This document shows positions 49,085-58,921 of a DNA stretch of 64,000 nt, in pieces (the stretch's first letter is position 1; every line of letters begins with the position of its first letter). A program made the position numbers and the translations under genes. Location of the stretch: positions 1,472,001 to 1,536,000 of the forward strand of contig CAVTMK010000002.1 in assembly GCA_963735805.1 (NCBI GenBank), given 5' to 3'. Source of the DNA: an uncultured Verrucomicrobiae bacterium. Its GTDB lineage: Bacteria > Verrucomicrobiota > Verrucomicrobiia > Chthoniobacterales > UBA10450. The notes beneath the pieces were generated by a model. It did no database searches, was not told the DNA's origin, and was given only the letters and a program-made list of their open reading frames with translations.

Positions 49085-50563
49085 ATGCAGAGATTTGTTG
49101 AATCGAGGCGCGAGTTTCTCCGGACGAGCGGACTGGCCGCGGGCGCCCTTCTGTTTTCCTGTCCAAAACACCTTCTCGCCTTGGAAAGACAAGCTGCTGC
49201 CGACTACGCGGTGCACATTAAGGCAGCGCCCATCGAGATTGCGCCCGACCAGATTCTTTCAACGATCACCTACAATGGACAATTTCCCGGACCTCTCCTC
49301 CGCTTTAAGGAAGGCCAGCAAGTGACGGTGGATATTTTCAATGAGACCGATACACCTGAGCAATTGCATTGGCACGGCCAGAAGGTTTCTACTGACGTCG
49401 ATGGCTCTGCTGAGGAAGGCACGCCTTACATTCCTGCCCACGGTCAGCGCCGCGTTACGTTTACGCCCAATCCGGCTGGTTTGCGCTTCTATCACACCCA
49501 CAACCGCGCCGGAGCCAATCTTTCGGCAGGCCAATACAGCGGTCAAGTCGGCCCGGTTTACATCGAGCCAAAAGAGAATTCGGGCCGCTACGATCGCGAA
49601 GTCTTTCTTGTTTTGAAGGAATTTGAGCCGACTCTCAGCCGCGGTGGCGATATGCCTCAGGATTTCCTATCGCCTTCCGGATTTGACAAAGCTCTCAAGG
49701 AAACCGGCGAAGCGGCCATGAAAGCCTCACTCGCCAAAGGCATGCCGCCTGGGTACGAAGTGGGTTACAAGTTCTTTACCATTAACGGCCGCATGCTTGG
49801 CCATGGCGAACCGGTCCGCGTCAAGCAAGGCGAGCGGGTTCTCTTTCATATTTTGAATGGCAGTGCGACGGAAATTCGGAGTCTGGCCTTACCCGGCCAC
49901 TCCTTTGAAGTCATTGCCCTCGACGGGAATCCAGTCCCGAATCCTGTGCATGTTCCGGTTCTGTGGCTCGGCACGGCGGAGCGTATTTCCGCTGTTGTGG
50001 AGATGAGCCAGCCGGGCGTCTGGATCTTGGGGGATGTTGCAGACGACGATCGCCGCCATGGCATGGGCATCGTTGTGGAATACTCCGGCCACTCAGGCAA
50101 GGCCCGATGGAAAACGCCACCGTCGTTTCGATGGAGTTACACGCGTTTTGCCAAGGCCGGTGCGTACGCTCCCGCTCCGGACCAAACCTTTGACATGACC
50201 TTCGCCAAGGACAACGCTGCCAAAGAGGGCTTCAACCGGTGGACTATCAACGGGATCGCTTATCCCATGAGCAACGAAATGGCGCCGGCTTCATTTCATT
50301 TGAAGCAAGGAAAACGTTATCGAATTCGGATGCGCAACGCCAGCGATGACATTCATCCCATCCATCTGCATCGCCATAGCTTTGAGCTCACCAATCTGGC
50401 AGGAACACAAACGGCCGGTATTATGAAGGACGTGGTCATGCTGGGCGGCTATCAGCAATATGACGTTGACTTCATAGCCGACAATCCTGGCCTGACTCTC
50501 TTCCACTGCCACCAGCAATTACACATGGATTTCGGTTTCATGACGCTCTTCGACTACGTGTAG
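49085..50563 (+). CDS. Multicopper oxidase with Tat signal
   Basis: SRREFL; Cu motifs HWHG, FYHTH, HPIHLH, HCHQQLHM. Confidence 0.92.
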   Translation: MQRFVESRREFLRTSGLAAGALLFSCPKHLLALERQAAADYAVHIKAAPIEIAPDQILSTITYNGQFPGPLLRFKEGQQVTVDIFNETDTPEQLHWHGQKVSTDVDGSAEEGTPYIPAHGQRRVTFTPNPAGLRFYHTHNRAGANLSAGQYSGQVGPVYIEPKENSGRYDREVFLVLKEFEPTLSRGGDMPQDFLSPSGFDKALKETGEAAMKASLAKGMPPGYEVGYKFFTINGRMLGHGEPVRVKQGERVLFHILNGSATEIRSLALPGHSFEVIALDGNPVPNPVHVPVLWLGTAERISAVVEMSQPGVWILGDVADDDRRHGMGIVVEYSGHSGKARWKTPPSFRWSYTRFAKAGAYAPAPDQTFDMTFAKDNAAKEGFNRWTINGIAYPMSNEMAPASFHLKQGKRYRIRMRNASDDIHPIHLHRHSFELTNLAGTQTAGIMKDVVMLGGYQQYDVDFIADNPGLTLFHCHQQLHMDFGFMTLFDYV

Positions 50564-50660
50564 GGCATAAGGCCCGCTGGGCGAACAGAGAGACATGGCT
50601 GACGAGACGCCGGTTGTACACTAGAAGTCCCAATCCATAAAGACATGGGGATATGCGACG

Positions 50661-50691
50661 AAAACCCTCGCCGGATCTCTCCGACGAGGGT
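50661..50691 (-). terminator. Intrinsic terminator downstream of the 41-aa peptide gene
   Basis: Minus strand ACCCTCGTCGGA-GAGA-TCCGGCGAGGGT followed by TTT. Confidence 0.65.
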
Positions 50692-50714
50692 CTCGTTGAT
50701 TCTAGTTTGAGCGG

Positions 50715-50840
50715 CTACTTTTTACAGCATTTGCCCGGGCAACATTTTGCGTTGCCCTTGCAGCAGTCAGCCGCGGGCGACACTGCTGTCGCTGTGCCGA
50801 TGAATGCCATTAAAGTAGTAATCAAAAGAAGATATTTCAT
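50715..50840 (-). CDS. 41-aa secreted Cys-rich peptide (three CC pairs), not in the ORF track
   Basis: MKYLLLITTLMAFIGTATAVSPAADCCKGNAKCCPGKCCKK; strong SD AAGAGGAGG 5 nt upstream; signal-peptide-like N-terminus; terminator downstream. Confidence 0.8.
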   Translation of the reverse strand: MKYLLLITTLMAFIGTATAVSPAADCCKGNAKCCPGKCCKK

Positions 50841-50905
50841 AAGGTCCTCCTCTTGGGTTTCTATTGAACAACTCATCGCGAATTTCGTTCGCGACGAGCC
50901 GACGC

Positions 50906-51256
50906 TTAGGTGAACAAGGTTCGCGGCGGCGGAACTGGTGGACGCTGAATACGCGTGATTGCGCGCTCATCGCTAACCCGGATTAATCCAAGTAAGCGCA
51001 CGCTCGCAAAGAATGGCCTCGTCTTGGTAAAGTAAAGTGCAAAGCATCCCAATTGGGTCGCACAACATGACGACCCAAAAGTAGAAGTCGACTCAGCCGC
51101 GGTCGTGGGGCAACTGTGACACGGGCCTGTGTTCATGCTCGCGCAGCAATCTGACCTCTGCGAATTCGTGACAGTTGTCTGAGGCGACGCCATCGGTGTG
51201 AAAGAACCGATGCTTAGCGTAAGCATGGCCAACAAGAATCGTGCTGGCAGTTTCAT
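50906..51256 (-). CDS. CutF/CruR-like Cys-rich exported protein with Pro-rich C-terminus
   Basis: Signal peptide, CC, CHSC, CC, C-terminal RPPVPPPR; extended -10 TGaTAAACT 7 nt before the ATG. Confidence 0.7.
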   Translation of the reverse strand: MKLPARFLLAMLTLSIGSFTPMASPQTTVTNSQRSDCCASMNTGPCHSCPTTAAESTSTFGSSCCATQLGCFALYFTKTRPFFASVRLLGLIRVSDERAITRIQRPPVPPPRTLFT

Positions 51257-51412
51257 CGCGTGTAGTTTATCAGCTATCGGGATTTTCCAAAGGAGATTCT
51301 CGATCTGCCGTGAGAAGATTTGGCGACATCGAGATCGTCAAAAATTCTTTGAGATTCTGAAAAACTAAAAATATGATCGACATTAACTTCCACAGCTAAT
51401 TAGGAGAAAGGT

Positions 51413-52438
51413 ATGAAAACTGAAGATTTAGAGTCCATAGCAAGAAAGCTGGTGGCACCGGGCAAGGGGATCCTGGCAGCCGACGAGAGCACGGGGACTA
51501 TCGAGAAGCGCCTGAAAAGCATTAACGTCCCTTCGACCGAAGAAAATCGTCGGGCATATCGTGAGGTCTTATTTACCACGAAAGGCGCGGGTGATTTTAT
51601 CAGCGGCGTTATTCTTTTCGACGAAACGATCCGGCAGAAGACTCGGGACGGGCGCACCTTCGTAAAGGCGTTGGAAGAGCAGGGGATCATCCCCGGGATC
51701 AAGGTGGATGAGGGCGCCAAAGCAATGGCGAATTTTCCGGGCGAGAAAATTACTGAGGGCCTGGATGGTTTGCGCGGACGCTTGGCCGAGTATCGGCAAT
51801 TGGGAGCGCGGTTTGCAAAATGGCGGGCCGTGATCGCGATTGGCGACAACATTCCTACGCGCACATGCATAGATGCGAACGCGGAAGCGTTGGCGCGCTA
51901 CGCAGCGCTCTGCCAGGAAGGGGATTTGGTACCGATCGTCGAACCCGAAGTGCTTATGGATGGCACGCATACGATTGAACGTTATTTCGAAGTCACACAG
52001 CAAACACTGGAAAGCGTCTTTCACGCGCTGTACGAGCATCGGGTTTCGCTCGAAGGGATGCTGCTAAAACCCAATATGGTTCTATCGGGTAAGGATTGTC
52101 CGCAACAAGCGTCGGTACAGGAAGTCGCTAAGGCTACTGTCAGTTGCTTGAAACGCGTCGTTCCCGCCGCTGTCCCCGGTATAGTGTTTCTCTCGGGTGG
52201 GCAAACGGATCAGCAAGCCACGGAACATCTCAATGCGATGAATCAATTCGGCGACTTGCCCTGGCAGTTGAGCTTTTCCTATGGGCGCGCGTTACAAGCC
52301 CCGGTGCTCAAGGCGTGGAAGGGCGATGAGGCGAATGTGGCCAAGGCGCAACAGGCGTTCCACCATCGAGCGTGGTGCAATAGCAAAGCGCGGTTCGGCA
52401 AGTACACCGAAGACATGGAAACCGCGAAGGCGGCGTAG
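51413..52438 (+). CDS. Fructose-bisphosphate aldolase class I
   Basis: GKGILAADES, GIKVD, FAKWR, PIVEPE, LLKPNM, FLSGGQ, SFSYGRALQ; SD AGGAG. Confidence 0.95.
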   Translation: MKTEDLESIARKLVAPGKGILAADESTGTIEKRLKSINVPSTEENRRAYREVLFTTKGAGDFISGVILFDETIRQKTRDGRTFVKALEEQGIIPGIKVDEGAKAMANFPGEKITEGLDGLRGRLAEYRQLGARFAKWRAVIAIGDNIPTRTCIDANAEALARYAALCQEGDLVPIVEPEVLMDGTHTIERYFEVTQQTLESVFHALYEHRVSLEGMLLKPNMVLSGKDCPQQASVQEVAKATVSCLKRVVPAAVPGIVFLSGGQTDQQATEHLNAMNQFGDLPWQLSFSYGRALQAPVLKAWKGDEANVAKAQQAFHHRAWCNSKARFGKYTEDMETAKAA

Positions 52439-52471
52439 AGAGCACGAGATCATATCGCAAATGTGCAGCGC

Positions 52472-52544
52472 TTGTAGCCGCGGCGCTGTGTCGCCGCGCT
52501 AGTAGATCACGTGATCACGCCTCGACGCAGCGAGGCGGCTACAA
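52472..52544. repeat. GTAG-type REP doublet
   Basis: TTGTAGCCGCGGCGCTGTGTCGCCGCG ... CGCCTCGACGCAGCGAGGCGGCTACAA. Confidence 0.8.
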
Positions 52545-52605
52545 ACGTTTTGCATGCACAACGCCCGGGGGTAGCCGCTCTGGCCAATCCATTTAGAGTT
52601 CTCCA

Positions 52606-54717
52606 ATGATTTACACCTGCCCCATGCACCCGGAGATCGAGCAGGATCACCCAGGTGCGTGCCCGAAATGCGGGATGACGCTTGAGTCAAAAACCGTCGG
52701 GCCGGAGGAAGAGGAACAAAGAGAAACGCGATCGCTGTCACGAAAATTCTGGGTCGCGCTAATTCTTACGATGCCGGTGTTGTTCCTGGCAATGGGTCAT
52801 GTTATTCCCGGTCTGAACATTGATTCAATCGTTCCGAAGCGACTCGGAAAATGGATTGAGTTTGGCCTAACAACACCCGTCGTACTCTGGGCGGGTGGCT
52901 TCTTTTTCACCCGGGCATGGCAGTCGATCGTTAATCGCAGTCTCAACATGTTTACGCTTATCGCCGTCGGCGTGGGCGCGGCATACGTATATAGTTCGGT
53001 TGCCGTAATTGCGCCTGGAATCTTTCCTTCTTCTTTCCAGCGCCACGGAGAAGTCGATCTTTACTTCGAAGCGGCAGCGGCCATTACGACCCTGGTCCTG
53101 CTGGGGCAACTCATCGAGGCTAAAGCGCGAAGCCGCACCGGACATGCAATCAAAGCCCTGCTGGGTCTTGCAGCGAAAACTGCGCACCGAGTTAAAGATG
53201 ACCAGGAGCAGGAGATCGCCGTCGACGAAATTCAAAAGGGCGATGTGCTCCGGGTGCGGCCTGGCGAGAAGGTGCCGATCGACGGAGTGATCAGCGACGG
53301 GAAAAGTAACATCGACGAATCGATGATCACCGGGGAATCAATGCCGGTGAGTAAACAGCCAGGCGAGAAAGTGATTGGCGCAACAGTGAATCAAACTGGC
53401 TCATTCTTGATGCGCGCGGAGCGCATCGGTTCGGAAACGGTTCTAGCGCAGATCGTGCAGATGGTTACAGACGCACAGCGTAGCCGTGCCCCGATTCAGA
53501 AACTCGCAGACAGGGTGTCCGGTTATTTTGTTCCCGCGGTGATCAGCGCCGCGATCATTACTTTTATTGTGTGGTCGATTGTTGGACCTGCGCCGGCGAT
53601 GTCGTATGCATTGGTAAACGCAGTTTCAGTCCTGATCATTGCCTGTCCGTGTGCGCTCGGACTGGCAACTCCAATGTCAATCATGGTCGGTGTTGGACGC
53701 GCCGCTCAAGCGGGGATTTTGGTGAAGAACGCGCAAGCAATCGAGATCACGGAAAAAGTTACGTACCTGGTCACAGACAAAACGGGCACGTTGACAGCTG
53801 GTAAACCGGAAGTGGTCACCCGGCTTGTGGCGAACAACATGAGTGAACGCGAGCTTTTGCAGATTGCAGCATCAGTGGAATCCCAGAGCGAGCACCCTCT
53901 TGCGCGGGCAATCGTAGAAGGCGCAGCGAAAGAAAAACTCGGGCTACGGAACGTGACTGATTTTAATTCAACTACCGGAGGTGGAGTGTCCGGTAAACTC
54001 GACAGCAAAACGATTCTCATCGGCAAGGAAAAATTTCTCGCTGATTCGAATGTTAGATTTCCGGAAGAGCTAAAAGAAGCGGCCCGTCGGTTGCAGGGAG
54101 AAGCGCAAACGACGGTCTGGGTTGCGATGAACGGAGAAGCCGCCGGCGTTCTTGGTATCGCGGATCCAATCAAGCCGACAACGAGAGAGGCTGTCCGTGA
54201 ACTTCACAAATTGGGTCTGAGGATCATCATGTGCACGGGTGACAATCAGCGCACAGCGGAGTCTGTTGCGCATGCGCTCGGCATTGATGAGTTCAAGGCT
54301 GAAGTGATGCCGGATGAAAAAATCGAGATCGTCAAGGAACTCAAATCCAAAGGTGCGATCGTTGCGATGGCCGGGGATGGAATCAACGACGCACCTGCCC
54401 TGGCAGCAGCAGATGTCGGAATTGCGATGGGGACGGGGACAGACGTCGCGATCGAAAGCGCCGGCATTACTCTGGTAAAAGGTGACCTGATGGGAATCGT
54501 TAATGCGATCCACCTCAGCCGAGCCGTAATGCGAAATATCCGGCAAAACTTATTTTTCGCGTTTATCTACAACGCGGTCGGCGTGCCCGTTGCAGCCGGA
54601 GCGCTCTATCCATTCTTTGGGCTCCTGCTGAGTCCGATGATAGCCGGCGCCGCGATGAGTTTCAGTTCGGTCTCGGTAATCTTGAATGCGCTTCGGTTGC
54701 GATCGATCAAATTATGA
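52606..54717 (+). CDS. copA: Copper-translocating P1B-type ATPase
   Basis: YTCPMHP..CPKCGM, TGES, CPC, DKTGT, SEHP, GDGIND, YN, MSFSS. Confidence 0.95.
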   Translation: MIYTCPMHPEIEQDHPGACPKCGMTLESKTVGPEEEEQRETRSLSRKFWVALILTMPVLFLAMGHVIPGLNIDSIVPKRLGKWIEFGLTTPVVLWAGGFFFTRAWQSIVNRSLNMFTLIAVGVGAAYVYSSVAVIAPGIFPSSFQRHGEVDLYFEAAAAITTLVLLGQLIEAKARSRTGHAIKALLGLAAKTAHRVKDDQEQEIAVDEIQKGDVLRVRPGEKVPIDGVISDGKSNIDESMITGESMPVSKQPGEKVIGATVNQTGSFLMRAERIGSETVLAQIVQMVTDAQRSRAPIQKLADRVSGYFVPAVISAAIITFIVWSIVGPAPAMSYALVNAVSVLIIACPCALGLATPMSIMVGVGRAAQAGILVKNAQAIEITEKVTYLVTDKTGTLTAGKPEVVTRLVANNMSERELLQIAASVESQSEHPLARAIVEGAAKEKLGLRNVTDFNSTTGGGVSGKLDSKTILIGKEKFLADSNVRFPEELKEAARRLQGEAQTTVWVAMNGEAAGVLGIADPIKPTTREAVRELHKLGLRIIMCTGDNQRTAESVAHALGIDEFKAEVMPDEKIEIVKELKSKGAIVAMAGDGINDAPALAAADVGIAMGTGTDVAIESAGITLVKGDLMGIVNAIHLSRAVMRNIRQNLFFAFIYNAVGVPVAAGALYPFFGLLLSPMIAGAAMSFSSVSVILNALRLRSIKL

Positions 54718-54789
54718 ATCGACGCTCAGGCCTGTTGGCCGAAAGACGTGCGTCTGTGTGATAGATTCAGAAGCAAAACGCCAAGCTTA

Positions 54790-54945
54790 CTAGCAGCTGC
54801 AACTCTTACCGCAATTGCACGCCTTGTTGTCGTTCATAGGACAATTCTTGCCCGTCTTCGCGCAACTCGGGTTGTCTGCTGCGAAACCGACTGTGCAAAT
54901 CGCAGCTGTAAGAACCGAAAGCAGAACTTTCAGATAATTCTTCAT
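54790..54945 (-). CDS. 51-aa secreted metallothionein-like peptide, not in the ORF track
   Basis: MKNYLKVLLSVLTAAICTVGFAADNPSCAKTGKNCPMNDNKACNCGKSCSC; tandem stop TAG TAA; signal-peptide-like N-terminus; CxC..CxC tail. Confidence 0.72.
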   Translation of the reverse strand: MKNYLKVLLSVLTAAICTVGFAADNPSCAKTGKNCPMNDNKACNCGKSCSC

Positions 54946-55142
54946 CGACCAATCTCGCTCTCAACCATTGCGAACGCCAGTGAAAAGAGGAGGCAGGTCT
55001 CACGACAAACCGAGATTTTCTCCTGTGTTGATCTCGACGGCGTATTCCTCGATTACTGGTTCCCACTCCGTGAGGCTGGACGCTTGCTCCACAATGATCC
55101 TTCCGGCAATCTGCCGATATGGCGACGGCCTTTGGACCATCC

Positions 55143-55865
55143 ATGTTGCGCGAAACTCGGATGAGAAATAGCCCGGACGTCGTGGACGGCTTTCGCATGC
55201 GAGGGCGCGAAGTGACGCGTCTCGAATCGTTCGCTGACGCGATCTTCGCGTTTGCCCTCACACTGCTCATCGTTTCGCTGGAAGTGCCAAAGAGTTTTGC
55301 TGATCTCATCAACACGATGCGTGGTTTTCCGGCGTTCGCTGTTTGCTTTCTGATGCTGGCGACAATCTGGAACACGCATTACAAATTCAGCCGACGCTAT
55401 GGTCTTCATGACGCGACGACACGGTTTCTGACGTGTGTACTGCTTTTTATTGTCTTGTTCTATGTCTATCCGCTGAAGTTCCTTTTTACCCTTGGGATTG
55501 ATGACATGATCTTCGGCGGTTCTGGTGGTTTGCGAATCAGTAACGGCGAACTTTCAACTTTGTATTCCATTTATGGTTTTGGATTTGCCGGCATTTATTT
55601 CGCGTTCACGTTGCTTTACCTGCACGCGTGGCGATTGCGCGATATTCTCGAACTATCGGCAATCGAGAAACTTGAAACCCGTTACGTCATTTGTCGGGTC
55701 TTCTTTGTGAGCGTTGTCGGATTAATTGCCGCTGTATCAGCACAAATGGCCTGGTTCCCATCGTGGGGCGGTCTGATTTATCTTTTACTCATTCCTATAT
55801 TGCGCGGCTTTAGCATCGTGCATCGACGTCAGCGGGCGGCATTGTTGGCGGCTCAGGGACAATAG
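55143..55865 (+). CDS. TMEM175/DUF1211 family channel-like membrane protein
   Basis: RLESFADAIFAFALTLL, WNTH, YPLKF. Confidence 0.85.
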   Translation: MLRETRMRNSPDVVDGFRMRGREVTRLESFADAIFAFALTLLIVSLEVPKSFADLINTMRGFPAFAVCFLMLATIWNTHYKFSRRYGLHDATTRFLTCVLLFIVLFYVYPLKFLFTLGIDDMIFGGSGGLRISNGELSTLYSIYGFGFAGIYFAFTLLYLHAWRLRDILELSAIEKLETRYVICRVFFVSVVGLIAAVSAQMAWFPSWGGLIYLLLIPILRGFSIVHRRQRAALLAAQGQ

Positions 55866-55930
55866 TCAGCCGGCAGCCAGTCAGGCTTGTTTGCGACAGA
55901 GACAGACTGCGTTACAGATGTAATCGCTAA

Positions 55931-57589
55931 ATGGCGAAAACATTGTTCATTACCACAGCGATCGATTACACGAATTCGCCCCCGCATATCGGGCACGCCT
56001 ACGAGAAGGTGCTGGCTGACGTGATCGCTCGCTATCATCGGCTTCAGGGTGACAATGTCTTTTTCTTAACTGGCGTGGATCAGCACGGCCAGAAGGTTCA
56101 GCAATCCGCAGCAAAAGCGGGTGTTCCTCCAGCCGAATTCGTCAAAGAGATCACACAGAAGTTTGTCGAGCTTTGGAAAAAGCTGGATGTGAAGTACGAC
56201 CAATGGGCTGAGACAACGAGCGATCGCCACAAGAAAGTTGTCCAAGGAATTCTCCAGCGTCTTTTTGATGCGGGCCAAATCTACAAAGACAAGCAAGCGG
56301 GTTACTACTCAGTTCGGCAGGAACAATTTCTAACTGACAAGGAACGCGGTCCTGATGGCGAGTTTGGTCCCGAGTGGGGACAGGTCGAGTTTCGTGAGGA
56401 AGAAAATTACTATTTCAAGCTAAGCGATCACAAAAACTGGTTGCTCGATTATCTCCAGAAACGAAGCGACGCAGTCATTCCTGATTTTCGTCACACGGAA
56501 TTACGAAATGCCGTCGAAAAACTCAGCGGAGATCTCTGCATCTCGCGCCCGAAATCGCGCCTAAGCTGGGGAATCGAGCTGCCCTTTGACAAGGATTTCG
56601 TCAATTACGTCTGGTTCGACGCCCTAACGAATTATATCAGCTTCGTCGGTTACGATCCAAACATCGACACTTACGAAAAGCAACCGTTGGAATTTCGTGA
56701 TCGTTGGTCGAAAAACACGCTCCAAATCATTGGCAAGGACATCCTCGTCCCAGCGCACGGCATTTACTGGCTCATCATGCTACACGCGATCGGATTTCCT
56801 AACGAAGCAATGCCGCAATTGCTCGTTCACGGCTGGTGGAATCTCGGCGGTACAAAGATGAGTAAGAGTGCAGGGAACGTTGTTGATCCATTTGCGCTTG
56901 TAGAGAAATATGGTGCCGATCCGGTCCGGCTATATTTGACCGGCACGATTGCAACTGGTTGGGACGCGGATTTTTCCGAAGAACGGCTTCTGACTTACTA
57001 CAACAGCGCACTCGCGAATGGCCTGGGAAACTTGGTCAGTCGGACGCTAAACATGATACATCGATATCTTGGTGGACGCCTGAGGAAAGCCAGCAACGAG
57101 GCCGGGACGCAAGCCATATCGTCATTGCTTAGCTACATCGAGCGCTGGCTTGCGGGCCAGACTTGTCTGTACTCCGAGGATTTCGATGGAGGTGAGCATA
57201 GAACACCCGATGGTAAAGTATTTCCGTTATCCAGGTTCCAGGTTCACCACGCGATTGGGCTAATCATGGACGCGATTGCAATGTGTGATCGTGCCGTAGA
57301 AGAGTCTGCACCGTGGAAGCTTTCAAAAGATCCGAGTAAGGCAGAAGAGCTGGCGCGCGTCCTCTATGTCCTAACGGAAGCAATCCGAATTGTCGCGATA
57401 TGGATTTCGCCGATGATGCCTGGATCGGCCCACGGAATTTTCGATCAACTGAATTGGAAAATGGAGTTGAGTGGAAAAGAAGAACGTTTCTCACTCGCAG
57501 ATGCGGAGTGGGGGAGATTGCCGGATGGACATGTTGTCGGCAAACCGGTCCCGTTGTTCCCGCGAATTGACGTCGGAGATGGCGTTTGA
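55931..57589 (+). CDS. metG: Methionine--tRNA ligase
   Basis: HIGH, GVDQHG, YVWFDAL, GKDI, KMSKS, GNLVSR, APWKL. Confidence 0.96.
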   Translation: MAKTLFITTAIDYTNSPPHIGHAYEKVLADVIARYHRLQGDNVFFLTGVDQHGQKVQQSAAKAGVPPAEFVKEITQKFVELWKKLDVKYDQWAETTSDRHKKVVQGILQRLFDAGQIYKDKQAGYYSVRQEQFLTDKERGPDGEFGPEWGQVEFREEENYYFKLSDHKNWLLDYLQKRSDAVIPDFRHTELRNAVEKLSGDLCISRPKSRLSWGIELPFDKDFVNYVWFDALTNYISFVGYDPNIDTYEKQPLEFRDRWSKNTLQIIGKDILVPAHGIYWLIMLHAIGFPNEAMPQLLVHGWWNLGGTKMSKSAGNVVDPFALVEKYGADPVRLYLTGTIATGWDADFSEERLLTYYNSALANGLGNLVSRTLNMIHRYLGGRLRKASNEAGTQAISSLLSYIERWLAGQTCLYSEDFDGGEHRTPDGKVFPLSRFQVHHAIGLIMDAIAMCDRAVEESAPWKLSKDPSKAEELARVLYVLTEAIRIVAIWISPMMPGSAHGIFDQLNWKMELSGKEERFSLADAEWGRLPDGHVVGKPVPLFPRIDVGDGV

Positions 57590-57643
57590 CACAGACGCCC
57601 TACAACCTGGTCATAATTGTCTAGAGCGTCTCTGCGAGACGCT
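57581..57643. repeat. REP elements between convergent metG and folC
   Basis: GGCGTTTGACACAGACGCCCTACAA (matches 5450-5474) and AGCGTCTC-TGC-GAGACGCT. Confidence 0.7.
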
Positions 57644-57646
57644 GAC

Positions 57647-58921
57647 CTATTGCGCACATTCTTCGAAAGCAGCCGGCTCGCCGCGCAGGTGTGCGAGGAC
57701 TTCGCCGGCAAAATGAAGTGAGCCCGTAATCAAAATTGGATTTGGTTTCGCGTGTGCGAGAGCCAACGCGTCAGCGACCGATGGAACAATGGAGTAGGGG
57801 AGTGGCGGAGTAATGTTGGCCAGGATTTTTACCAGCTCTTCTGGATCCGCCGCGCGTTCACTGCGAATTTTCGGGAGGACAACGAACTGGCTAATCGGCA
57901 CGAGCGCTTCACAGATTGCGTGCAGATTTTTGTCGGCAAGGATGGCGAGAATAAGAGTAGCGCGCTGATCGCCAAAGTTCTCGCGCCACGTTTGGGCGAC
58001 CAGTTGCGCGGCGCCGGGGTTATGCGCGCCGTCGATGATCGTCCGCGTATCCCATCTTTGGAAACGCCCGGGCCAATCGATGGCCGCGAGCCCTTGCGCA
58101 ATCGATGAGTTGTCGACATCGATTTCCGCGACCCGAAGTGCAGCAATCGCAAGCGCCGCATTTTGCTTTTGATGCGCTCCCGCGAGCGCAACGGGTGTCT
58201 CCTCATACGGCGCGGTTACGAATCGGATCGGCGCTCCGCACTGAGCTGCACGCGCACGAATCACTTCTTCGGCTTCCGGTCGCTGCGGCGCACAAACAAC
58301 GGGGACACCCGGCTTGATAATGCCAGCTTTCTCAGCAGCGATCTGGGAAAGCGTGTCGCCCAGCCATTTTTCGTGATCGAAATTGATGGACGTTATCACT
58401 GAGACATTCGACTGAATGGCGTTCGTCGCATCGAGCCGGCCACCGAGACCGGTTTCCAGAATAACGATCTCAATTTTCGTGTCCGCGAAATGCTTGAGCG
58501 CAAGCGCGGTTACGACCTCGAAAAATGTCGGATGCGGATCCCAGTTCCCGACAAGATCGCGGATTCTCGTCAGGCCAATAGCGACGTCCTGTTCAGAAAT
58601 CATATCCCCGTTCACGCGAATGCGTTCGCGAAAGGTGACGAGGTGAGGGGAGGTGAACAGGCCTGTGCGATATCCTTGTGCGCGGGAGATCGAATCGATC
58701 ATGGCGCAGACGGAGCCTTTGCCATTTGTGCCTGCGACATGAATGACCTTGCCGGGGGTTTGCGGCGAGACGCGCGCAATCACCAGATCGAGTTCTTCGA
58801 GTAAACGCCGGGTGTTCTCCAGACCGAGCTTGATTCCGAACCGCTGGAGCCCGTAGAGCCAGACGAGCGATTCCTTGTACGTTAAAGGAGGTCGCGGCAC
58901 AAAGGCCGCTCCTACATTCAC
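57647..58921 (-). CDS. folC: Folylpolyglutamate/dihydrofolate synthase
   Basis: HVAGTNGKGS, FTSPHL, ETGLGGRLDATN, EKAGI, DGAHN. Confidence 0.95.
   Translation of the reverse strand: MNVGAAFVPRPPLTYKESLVWLYGLQRFGIKLGLENTRRLLEELDLVIARVSPQTPGKVIHVAGTNGKGSVCAMIDSISRAQGYRTGLFTSPHLVTFRERIRVNGDMISEQDVAIGLTRIRDLVGNWDPHPTFFEVVTALALKHFADTKIEIVILETGLGGRLDATNAIQSNVSVITSINFDHEKWLGDTLSQIAAEKAGIIKPGVPVVCAPQRPEAEEVIRARAAQCGAPIRFVTAPYEETPVALAGAHQKQNAALAIAALRVAEIDVDNSSIAQGLAAIDWPGRFQRWDTRTIIDGAHNPGAAQLVAQTWRENFGDQRATLILAILADKNLHAICEALVPISQFVVLPKIRSERAADPEELVKILANITPPLPYSIVPSVADALALAHAKPNPILITGSLHFAGEVLAHLRGEPAAFEECAQ
58892..58916 (-). repeat. Single REP encoding the probable FolC N-terminus
   Basis: Minus strand TGTAGGAGCGGCCTTTGTGCCGCGA, read as VGAAFVPR. 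Confidence 0.65.
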
